Source: Nemertoderma westbladi (lineage: Eukaryota > Animalia > Xenacoelomorpha). From it: 64,000 bases of DNA. The position numbers and the translations under genes were made by a program. The notes beneath the pieces are model-generated. The model was not told the DNA's origin and ran no database searches. It saw nothing but the letters and a program-made list of their open reading frames with translations. The stretch's first letter is position 1. Each line of letters starts with the position of its first letter. Positions 37,630 through 49,080 of this stretch are shown piece after piece. The DNA lies in contig JAUCBJ010006441.1 of assembly GCA_032718475.1 (NCBI GenBank), positions 31,380 through 95,379 of the forward strand, read 5' to 3'.

Positions 37630-40600
37630 ATGAGAGATACCATTCGCCAGACCGCGAATGGCCACTACGAAGTAGGCATGTTGTGGCGCAATGGACAACC
37701 TAAGCTTGTTAACAACTACCCGCTTGATTTGAGGCGACTCAAATCAATAAGGCAGCGATTGTTGCGTGATGAGACGGCCCATATGCAATACAATGCACAA
37801 CTTCAGACGTATCTCCAAAAGGGATACGCCATTAGGATGTTAAATCCCGAGGTAACCACAGATCAGACATATTACCTGCCACATCCTTTTGTTCGACACC
37901 CGGACAAACCTGGCAAGGTGCGTGTAGTCAACGACTGCGCTGAGCTTTACCAAGGGATGTCTATGAACAGCGAACTGATGGACGGGCCGAATATGAATAA
38001 TTACCTCATGAAGGCGGGGTAGCTCAGTTGGTTGAGCGCCGGGCCTGCAATCTAATGGTTGTAGGTTCAGCCCCGCCAGGGTCCACTCAGCCTTTCATCC
38101 ACTGGGGTCGGTAAAATGAGTGCCAGTTAAATAACTGGGAGCAAATCTTGGGATAGGAGTAGCGCCCACCCCTACCCTCGGGTAGCAGCTATCGAAAGAG
38201 GAGCCTTCGGGTCGCCTCCGGCTTCGGCCGACTGTTTGCTTTTTTTTTTACCTCATGGGAGTCCTAATGCGTTTTAGACAACGCAAAGTGGCTTTCACCT
38301 ATGACGTAGAGGCCATGTTTCACCAGGTTAAGGCTTTGGAGCGGGACAGGGACAGTTTGAGGTTTCTTTGGTATCCGGACGGAAATTTAGAACTTCCGCC
38401 AGAAACTTACCAAATGCAGGTAAGAGTTTTCGGAGCCAGGGACAGCCCCAACTGCACCATGTATGCCTTAAAGCAAACTGCATTGGACAGACAAGGCCAA
38501 TTTGACCCAGAAGTAGTTCGGACAGTGGAATGAGACTTCTACATGGATGACGGCCTCAAGAGTTGTGACACTCTGGAGCGCGCTACGACCGTAGCACACC
38601 AACTCCAAGATTGTCTCGCTGAGGGCGGATTTCACCTTACGAAGTTTGCTTCCAACAAACCCGAACTAGTGAACTCATTCGACCCGACGGATCGCAGTGG
38701 AGGAGACTTGGACTTAGACCTAGAACCTCTACCTACGACCAAGGTATTAGGACTTAGTTGGGACCCGAACACCGACAATTTTAGGGTATGTGTAAGGTCC
38801 AACGGACAGATTCGACATCTCACTAAGAGGACTTGCTTATCGACCATGAGTTGATTGTATGACCCATTGTGTTTCATTAGTCCAGTGATCCTACATGCTG
38901 GGATCATACTCCGCAGCATTTGGCAAGCCGGACTGGAATGGGTTAGCTGAGCAATGGAGGGACTGGGAAGCCCAACTGACGTTCTTACAAGACTATACCA
39001 TACCAAGGGTATACTTTCCTTTGCAGACCACCTTTCCTGCCGATTTAGAGCTTCACAGCTTCAGTGACGCTAGTAAGGATGGACTGGGGTTACTTTATAC
39101 CTTAGACGACAAGTGACATTGGACAGCTACGAAGTGTCTCTCGTTACTTCAAGGGCTAGAACAATGCCATTGAAGTATATGACTGTACCTCATGGAGAGC
39201 TGCACGCCGGGACGATATCCACTGATATTGTCAGTCTAGTTCAACGCGAGCTGGAGGCTAACTTGAAGGTCACATATTGGACGGATGCGACGTTGGTACT
39301 TTGGTACATAAACAACGAAACATTCAAGTTCAAGACTTTCATAGCCAACAGACGGGCTGAAATATTAGACCGGTCACTCAAACAAGATTGGCGTCACTGT
39401 CCAGGGAAGCTGAACCCAGCTGACATCGCGTCACGGGAGATGCTACCAATTGACTTTTGTAAACCGGACAATAAATCTTTTTGGTTTAGAGGACCCGATT
39501 TCCTTCAGCGACCATCAGACGAATGGCCACCGTTATTCGACGCGACAACTAATACCATACCGGAGGGTGCCGAGATAAAAATCGACACAGTTGTCAAATC
39601 TAAAGCGAAAGCCAATGCTAAGGTCAAGGGGAAACAAGGACGGACTAAATCTGATGACCTGGACGCTAGACCTGACATTACGCCAGATGTCTCACCAGAC
39701 TCTCGACCAGACGTTCGTACGAATCTTTCACCAGATGTTTCACGGGAGATTTCACCAGACGTTTCACCGGATTGTTCACCAGATTACTCGCCAGATTATT
39801 CACCAGAAGTGACACCAGATTGTTCTCTGGATTATTCGCCAGATTGTTTTATGGAACTCTTGACAGATTGTCTACCGGACGTCTCACCAGACTTTCCACC
39901 AGACATCTCAACAGACTGTCCACTAGACTTTAGACCAGACATTCTGACAGAAGCTACGCCAGACTTTCTTTGGGACTGACGACAGGACATTTCGCCGGAT
40001 GTTCCGCGCTATGTCTCACCAGATATCTCACCAGACTGTTCACCGGACGCCTCACCAGACTGTCTACTAGACTTTCCACTAGACGACTCGATGGAAATAA
40101 AAGACTTGAACTCTAAGGACGCAATGAATTCATTGGAGCGGACTAGTACACACCCATTAGGTATTAAAAACTTACCGCATTTGACTTCCTTGGATGACAA
40201 AGGTGTGGCCACAGCGATCACACTCCGCTCAAGGAAAATACTTGACTTACCGTCTACAGGTAAACGTGTGACTAAGGTTAGGAAGCTTACGAGCTCACAG
40301 GAACACACTAGTACTGTAGAGTTGAAACCGTTACTGCCAGTCAATTCACTAGGTGTGGACGGTAAAGGTAAGACCGTGGAGATTGAAATACTTGAGGACT
40401 CCGACAAACCTATTGCACAAAGGGAGACACCTACCGGAAGGCCCGTGGGCCTACCAAGTCCAAACAAGTATCCACATTTTGACTATACCTTACCTGAGGA
40501 CGTCACCAACACTTATGTTGACAGGATAGTAAACCTAACTAGATCATGGACTGACGCGTGACGCAAGTTAGCATGGCTCAAACGTTTGAGACAATATGCC

Positions 40601-41997
40601 AGAGGCAAACGCGACTTTCCTAGAAGACTTACCTTAGAGGAAGTTGGTCTTTGTGAAGTTGATATTATTCGTCATTATCAATTGCGATATTTCGCACGAG
40701 AGTTCACAGCGATCAATCAGGGTAAACAGATCAAGTCTTCACCGATTTTGAGTTGGAGTCCGATTATCTATAGGGGCTTACTTTGTCACAAGTCCAAACT
40801 CCAGAACATTGACTTTGCACTTGACTTTAGGTATACTATCATCATACTGCAACACCATGAGTTACAGTACGACTCAAACACGTAGGTAGACATCACTGTT
40901 TATCACACTTATGCTCGAGGTTCGTACTGATTAGGCCTAGCAAGGCACTGAGTTTGGTAACACGGAACTGTATGATTTGTAAGAAGGTGCACGCGAGGAT
41001 ACGACACCAAGAAATGAGTGAACTACCACTAGCGAGATTACAGGCTTTTAGACCCCCTTTCACTGAGACAGGGATAGACTGTTTTGGACCCATAATCGCG
41101 AAACGCGGAAGGGTACAGGTAAAACGTTGGGGATTGATCTTCACTTGCATGGCCAGCAGAGCTGTCCATATAGAGCGTGTGACAGACTTGACCACCAACG
41201 TCTTTATCCTAGCCTTACGGCGATTTATCGCTAGACGTGGATTGGTCAACTCCATTCATTGCGAGCAAGGGTCTAAATTTGTGGGTGCAAGGAATGAAAT
41301 TACCAGAGCTTTAAGGAAGTTGGACCAAAACCAGATTTCCAAGGAACTACGTCCTCACCGTATTGTTTGGAGCTTTAACACTCTTGACAGTCTGTGGAGA
41401 GGCGGCTTTTGGGAAAGGCTGATTGGCTCGATAAAGACGGCTATGGCGAAAGTAATAGCGATGCAACACATACTAACAGACGACCAACTGACGACGTTGT
41501 TAATAGAAATCGAAGCGGTTTTAAATACTAGACCAATCGCTTTGATCCCAGACAATAACGACTCACAGTTTGCCTTGACACCAGTTCACCTGCTTATGCA
41601 GGCGCCGACGACATTGTTGCCCACTTCGGTACCTGTCGATAGCGACGGATATGGCAACAAAGCTTGGAAAATCACTCAGTTGCTAGCCAACAATTTCTGG
41701 GAAATATGGCAGAAGCACTATTTGCCCTCTATTTCGACCAGAACCTCTTGGTATCTTAATACCCGATGTTTGAGATGAGGTGACCATGTTTTATTGGCTG
41801 AAACCAATCTGAAGAGACGGTTTTGGCTGACTGGAGTCATTTTGACCACACACCCTACATCTGGTGTAGTAAGGACAGTTACTGTACGGACTATTGACGG
41901 ATGTAGCGCAGATAGGCCTGTACAACGTCTCGTGCTCCTTGAGGAGACTAGAAACGAGACAGGAGACTACAAATCTCCACCCAATCTTAGTAAATAG
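37630..41997 (+). pseudogene. pol: BEL-B pol (RT, RNase H, integrase)
   Basis: YYLPH, DVEAMFHQV, FYMDD, HSFSDAS, NPADIASR, IDCFGP and WRGGFWER across fragmented ORFs. Confidence 0.92.
38011..38247 (+). mobile_element. tRNA-derived SINE inserted in the BEL-B RT region
   Basis: tRNA-like head (tagctcagttgg...ctgcaat...ggttcagccc), a central box gtccactcagcctttcatcc...gtcggtaaaatgagt resembling widespread SINE core domains, a T-rich tail, and a 10-bp TSD ttacctcatg (38001-38010 and 38248-38257). Confidence 0.93.
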
Positions 41998-42720
41998 AGA
42001 TGTGGGACCCTTGATGGCCGCCACATAGACTTACCGTATTTTAGTAATTTAGTAGTTTGTATTACTGTATGTGCATTTTGTATTCCTCTTCACTGTAGAT
42101 AGAGACAGCGGTGGAATTCCATTGTCTTTATAAGTGAACATGGAGGGTAGTACCCTTATGTATCACATAGGAGCGGGATTGTGTGTACAGTAGGAATGGA
42201 ATTCTTTCAAACAATTTTTCAAAAATTATTAGACAAATCCATTTGGTTGGATTTAAATTTAAGAAAAATGAATCTCGAGTGAATGCGAATTCTAGAATAC
42301 AGCTAGATAAAAAATTAAAATTGGGGAGGACAAGAGCGGATGGAAGGCTTGCGAGCCTACCGATAATTTTTTTTGGAAAAGAAAATCGGCCTTGTTCTAC
42401 GTAGTCGTGTCTACTATTATTTTAGACCGAATTAATTCTTGACTGCACTATTTTTCTTTGGGAAGTAGTTTGGGAAATTAAAAGGTGAGTATTTTAGACT
42501 CGCGGCAAGTTTACCCAGAATTCGTTTTTTATCGGCACATTTTTTGGATTAGGAGCCAGTGCGAAATCACACGAAACCCGAAGTCATTAGGCAAATGGGT
42601 AGGGGTTTTAGAGCAAAGTTGAGCCAAAAGCCGACAAACTCTAAGTCTCCTCACATCTAACCTCTATTTTGTGCTTCATCTAGTAGAAACGTAACGATAT
42701 GTAACCATATATACACGTAT

Positions 42721-44755
42721 ATGATGGCGGAGAAGATTTATAAGGAGTTACGTCAGGGGTTTACGCAGGAACAGGAGCACCAGGCACCGTTTAATCGTTA
42801 TGGAGCCAAAAACTTTAACGTGTTTGGAGTGGAGAGTATGGCTAGGAGTACAGCCAAGCTCGCTAAATCCAAGGCGGACCCGAATGTTATGAAACAGCGA
42901 TTGGACGCTTATAACAAAAGAGCGGAGGAGTTACGCGCGGAATTCAATGCGTTGTATCCCTACGATGCGTTATGCGACGCCAGTGACATTTGCAAGGATC
43001 CAGACATGGAGATATGCCGATTATATCATACGCTGCAATATTTGATGGCGAGCGAACCCTTTCCTGCAGCCAGGGACGAATTCGATGGAATGCATCTTTA
43101 TAGACACGCTCGAGGAGCGGATCCAGAGACAAAGGATGCGTTCTCCATTTATAAACTGTTTTACAAATGTAGAGCATGTATGCGCGAGCAAGACAACACG
43201 ATTCCTATGCGCTTGAACTCGGAGAACCCCGAGCCGATATTAGCACACCAAAGTCTCCAAAGTGCACCATGCTTCATGCCACCAAAGTCTGCGTTACCAA
43301 GAAGGCGGATACCCTTTGATGAATCCGTACCATTCGTTTAAGATGAGTGGACCAAACGCGGGCGAGATTGTTATTTACGAACCCAAATTAGTCGAACCAG
43401 ACGTCTATAGTATGGTAGTGGATGAGTCTAATAAGTCGACACAAGAGAAACGGGAAGCATTGAGCCTCTACGGGGCGTACAAGGCGTACGAGAAAGGCAA
43501 GATCGAGGAGTTCAGCGGAAGGCTCGCGAGCCTACCATTTTACTGGATATCCCACGATCAAACCGAACCTAAGGAGATGACACCCGAGCTCTTCGATAGT
43601 ATCACCTTTGCTCAGCGTTTGTCGCAGAGACTACAGATACCTCATGTCGAGATGACGCGAGAACCTCAGCCCCATCCTACTAAAGCGGTAGTACCAGTCG
43701 CGAGACCAACCAGCTTTCCTATTAGCATACCAACCCGAGAGGAGACAACTTATGAGATTCCTATAGTTGAACATCCGGAGATCATTTCGAACCTGGATTT
43801 CCTCCCATCGGTTACCTTTGGTGATGTGTTAGAGGCGGCAGAGTTGCGTAGAATGATAGTTCAGAAAATCGTACGCAACGTACCTCCACATATTACAGAC
43901 TTTAAGGAAGTGGATCGCGCGGGGACGGATATCGCACCTTGTATCTTGCGAGGATATTTAACGAAAACGATTCGATTATGGATCGGAGTCGGCACGTTTG
44001 AAACCAACACCGATATTGCGACCAATTGGACCGGAAAACCTATTAGTTTCGACGATGAAAAGTCCATAGGGAGAATTTGGAACCCTACTAACGATTTACT
44101 CGATGTTTGGGATGCAACTAGCCGATCTCTGAAGGAGAATGGTTATATGTTTTATGATAATGAAGGAGGAAGCCATCAGCAAAGCCTCATTTCAAAGACC
44201 ATACAAATTCGAGCACCCCTCCACGAATAATCTTGCAATACTATTTGGCGATAGAATCTTCAGTAAACGTTTGCTTCATCGCCGATGTAGTGTCTATCTA
44301 GAACTCTAAAGCGACATCCGTTATGTCTCGGTGAAGGACATACCATTTACGACGGAGGAAGGACGCATACTGATGTATTCCGCCGATTTCTCCAACCCTT
44401 TTATAACACCGATGCGCACTGCAAAGTTATCACGCAAGCGGGACTTTGTGTTTTCAGGGACGTTTATCTCACTCACGCGGGAAGCCTAGTCGACAGACCG
44501 TCGATGTTGACGTTAGTACCCTACGACGGGGAACGCCACGCGGAATTCAAAGGCCCGGAAGGATCCTGGAAGGCTCACGAGCCTACTGCCCATCATGACG
44601 ATGTGGATCCAACCGAGTTTGCAATAATAGATGAACCGTCGCGGCAACTCATAGAGATAGAAGAGAACCTTCCGAGGAAGACGCGAACTGAGATACGCGA
44701 GTTAGAGAAAAGCGATGCCATGGTTTGTGTACAACCTACGGAGACGAAATACCGA
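42721..44755 (+). pseudogene. BEL-B accessory ORF2, internally deleted in the exonuclease domain and 3'-truncated
   Basis: Homologous to A ORF2 (RDEFDGMHLYR, LRYQEGGYPL, GYMFYDNEGGSHQQSL). At ~44215 it jumps to LQYYLAIESSV. Confidence 0.85.
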
Positions 44756-45830
44756 CTGACCAGATGTTACAGATTCACCGGAGGCAACCCAAGGGCTCCC
44801 CTCTCTCGGATGCTAAAGATCCACCGGAGGCAACCCAGCAGCTCCCCTCTCTCAGATGTTACAGATTCACCGGAGGCAACCCAAGGGCTCCCCTCTCTCG
44901 GATGTTACAGACCTACCGGAGGCAACCCAAGGGCTCCCCTCTCTCGGATGTTACAGATTCACTGAAGGCAACCCAAGGGCTCCCCTCTCCCGGATGTTAC
45001 AGACCCACCGAAGGCAACGCATGGGCTCCCCTCTCTCAGATGTTACAGACCCACCGAGGCAACCCTAGGGCTCCCCTTTCTCGGATGTTACAGTTTCACC
45101 GGTGGCAACCCAAGGGCTCCCCTCTCTCGGATGTTACAGACCCACCGGAGGCAACCCAAGGGCTTCCCTTTCTCGGATGTTACAGATTCACCGGAGCCAA
45201 CCCAAGGGCTCCCCTCTCCCGGATGTTACAGACCCACCGGAGGCAACGCAAGGGCTCCCCTCTCCCGGATGTTACAGACCGACCGGAGGCAATGCAAGGG
45301 CTCCCCTCTCTCTGATGTTACAGACCCACCGGAGGCAACCCAAGGGCTTCCCTCTCTCGGATGTTACAGTTTCACCAGTGGTAACCCAATGGCTCCCCTC
45401 TCTCGGATGTTACAGACCCACCGGAGGCAACCCAAGGGCTTCCCTCTCCCGGATGTTACAGACCGACCGGGGGCAACGCAAGGGCTCCCCTCTCTCTGAT
45501 GTTACAGACCCACCGGAGGCAACCCAAGGGCTTCCCTCTCTCGGATGTTACAGTTTCACCAGTGGCAACCCAAGGGCTCCCCTCTCTCGGATGTTACAGA
45601 GCCACCGGAGGCAACCCAAGGGCTCCCCTCTCTCGGATGTTACAGACCCACCGGAGGCAACCCAAGGGCTCCCTTCTCTCGGCTGTTACAGACTCACCGG
45701 AGACAACCCAAGGGCTCCCCTCTTTCGGATGTTACAGACCCACTGGAGGCAACCCAAGGGTTCCCCTTTATCGGATGTTACAGACCGACCGGAGGCAACC
45801 CAAGTGCACCCCTCCATCGAATGTTACATG
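44755..45830. repeat. 46-bp satellite, array 2
   Basis: Same unit and orientation as 1-1765, about 23 copies. Confidence 0.97.
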
Positions 45831-46969
45831 TAAGATGCCACACTAACTCCCAAGATCGAATACTCTCACTATTCAACCCATTTCTTTACTCCCCCATCAA
45901 ATGCCAAATTCCCATTGCAGCTGGATGGGATAAAGTTAGTTTACAATATTTACTCGCGATATTTTCGATATTTTCAATCTCGCGATATTTTTACTCTCGC
46001 TATTTTACTCGCGATATTTTTCAAGTCTCGATATTTTCACCAATACCCTGCGGCTTCAGCTTCATCTTTCCACATTTTTATGTTACTGATGTTACTGATA
46101 TCCAAAATATAGCTACTGCAAGATTGATGTATCATAGAGAGCAAGGTAGCAGCCACTGCAACCATCGGCCTTTACCATATCAAATATATCGATTATAACA
46201 TTCCACTACCGGTTACTGAACAAAATGATGTCATCCGATATACTAAATCATGCTGTGGTTCAATTATATATATTGTCTTAGTCGATAGATATTCGCAGCA
46301 CTCAGCTCATATTCCACCACAATAATGAAGAGGAAAGATGAAAGTGGGTCACCCTGAAGACACAGCAAATGGATCTATACATATGTTGTTCAGACAAAAG
46401 TTAAGGAACCTCCATTCAGTGATTTGATTACAGCAATTATTGTATCATCGGAGATCCCAAAGGCCTAAAGGATCATAAACATGAAGAATCAACATTATCA
46501 TGTTGAATAGTTTTCGATATCAGTCTGATTCTACGAGACCCATATAATATAGTCTGTAGGCAGTCTCATGTAGTATTACTGTTATAGTAACTGTTCTAAA
46601 AATTTTTGACATTGATTGTTTTTAACATCAATATATTTTAAATCTTAAAAAGTCCACCATAACTGTTGTTTTTTATTGTTTGTTTTTACTATTAATTTTA
46701 ATTCATTATCACTGCCATTATATTCTATTCTGCCATTAATTACATTTTAATTTAACCCGCACTGGAATGCTTGCGTTGATCGTTTTTTTTTTATTGTTTG
46801 TTTTTTACTATATTAATTAATGTTGTATATTCATACATAATATATCATATATATATATATTAGTACCGCACAGTAATGTAAAGTAAATTTAAGTAATTAA
46901 CTAATAAGTAAGTAGCACAAAAAAAAAAAACAAGGAAAAACACATAAGTATTCAGACACTAGAAAATAT

Positions 46970-47835
46970 CTAGAACGACGATACATATTTCAAAATTTCA
47001 ATTAGTTCTTCAGATGAGAAATCTGGTACTGTAGTCTCATCGAAATAGCAATCAATAATTTCTTTACACAATTTAACTCGCCAGTAACTATCAGGTGGAG
47101 AAGGCACATATCGTAAATTAGAAAGGTCACCTACTGATATTTTACGTAGTTCATTTATACCACACTCATTCCCTATGTTACGCAAGTTCGCACCACTTCT
47201 ACATCTACAATCATAAAATACTAAATTTGCCAGAAATCTTATACACAATTTATCAGAAGTCAAAACAGTAGTTGCAAATTTAACTAAACGTTTACTGAGC
47301 ATAACCTTAGGGTGGGGAAAATTAACAATATCTTCTACTATGAACCTATGGCTGTTATACGGCAGATGATAAATGTAGCGCACATTCGTATTCCAAGCGG
47401 TGTATATTCTACGGCATTCATCAGAAGCCAAATCCCAAACTGGGCTTCCATAAAAACTTGTCGCATAAATACGTTGAATGTTAGACAAGCACCGCGGGTG
47501 AGCGAATGAAAATTCCTGCCTTAAATTTGCCAATTTTCCTATAAATGCACCTCTCTTACGCTGTATATCTATATTGACACTACACGTAAAATTAAGCAGA
47601 ATTCCTAAATGTAGCCCTTTCTCAACCCATGGTAGTGTAACGTTATTTACTGAAATATTCACACTAGGCGGCTTCCATGTGTTCTGGAACGGGATACATT
47701 TAGTTTTACTTTTTTTCGGATCAATATCAGTACTAATCTGTAATTTATACTCTTTACAAAAATCTTTGCAAATATTAATCATGTATTGTAGGCCAATTAC
47801 GGACGGGCACAATAGAAACATATCGTCCGCAAAGG
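46970..47835 (-). mobile_element. 5'-truncated CR1/L2-group LINE, RT C-terminal fragment
   Basis: FADDMFLLCPSVIGLQ, KSKTKC, HLG and FYGSPVW, followed by an AT-rich 3' region. Confidence 0.8.
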
Positions 47836-49080
47836 ACGGCTACAATATTTACGATGATCGTTTTTATTGTTTGTTTTTACTATATTTTATGATGTTTTTA
47901 TTGTTGGTTTTTAATTACTACATTATTTTAGTTGATTTTTTATTTCATAACTATTGCTATTGCAGTCACGAACTATTAATTACTGTGTACTATGTGTTGT
48001 CAGCGCCTTAGAGTACGTATATTATGTAAATTTGGCGCTATATAAATAAATATATATTATTATTATTATAAAAATAACCCAGGTAACAAATTGCCACTTT
48101 TGTTATAATATGTAATTTCCTTAGCTACTGTAATTGTACGTTTATGCGGTGATTTTATGATCCTTGGGTACCCATTTTTAGAATTTCATCTAAAAGATTC
48201 CATGATTTTTTATACGTTCTAGAACACTTGTTTAGAGCTCTGAGTTACTAAATATTTGTTAACTATACTCCGTTGCGCATTTAATACTATAGATACAGAG
48301 AGTGTAATGAGCGTCATACATATCAGTGTCCACAGAACCAACCGAATATTGAGCAAGTAGGCCTATGTGCTCTGGTATCGGGCATCTGGTCTCATTCTAA
48401 GTTGACAGTGATGATAAAGTGAAGGAGCACGAAAGAGAAGCTGCTAATGAACAACCTTGTTAAGTTCCCGCTGCTACAATTACATAAGAACACATGTGGA
48501 ACTTATTGAACTTATAAGAAAAACGATGTTAAATAAATGTGCATGTTATTAGCTTTCAATAATTTATTTACTAGCATTTGATAAAATAATGAATCAGTGT
48601 GTTTCTGACACAGGGCATTACTGGAACGATTTCATGCGTTTTAAATAGAATCCAGATTTTTTCTAAAAAATGTTCTATAACAAAAAATATTTGTTATAGA
48701 ACATATTTTTTTAAAAAATGAATAGCTAACATGTTTTGGAACAATAAATAAAACAAAAAACAAAAAATGAGTCCAGAATAACAAAAGATAAGTACAGAAA
48801 ATGTCATATTAAAATATTCAATTTTTGCTTATACATACCATAGTAATGCCCTGACACAGTAACATACATTTTCATTAACAAATATAAGATATTAATTAAT
48901 CTATTCGGATGTTAAAAAATTGTCAAAATGGGTATCCAAAGTTTGTTAATACATTATGCTAGGGTGGCTGAAAGCGGCCGAAACAAAACTTCAATTAAAA
49001 ATATTATAGCAGTTTAGCATTTTTAATTTTACTCGATAATTTTCTTCAATTTCTTCACAAATTGCAATTTGCCCCGAAAG

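Larger units (their letters stand above)
37630..44755 (+). mobile_element. BEL/Pao subfamily B: decayed pol plus ORF2, truncated at both ends
   Basis: Colinear diverged homolog of subfamily A with many stops and frameshifts. It ends at the 46-bp satellite. Confidence 0.92.

Noticed and set aside
38013-38080. tRNA-Cys gene
   Set aside because: It is the head of a SINE with body, tail and TSD, and the T-arm and acceptor stem are degenerate.
33059-41555. Many short antisense ORFs over the pol and RT regions
   Set aside because: Shadow ORFs of the real coding strands, with no independent motifs.
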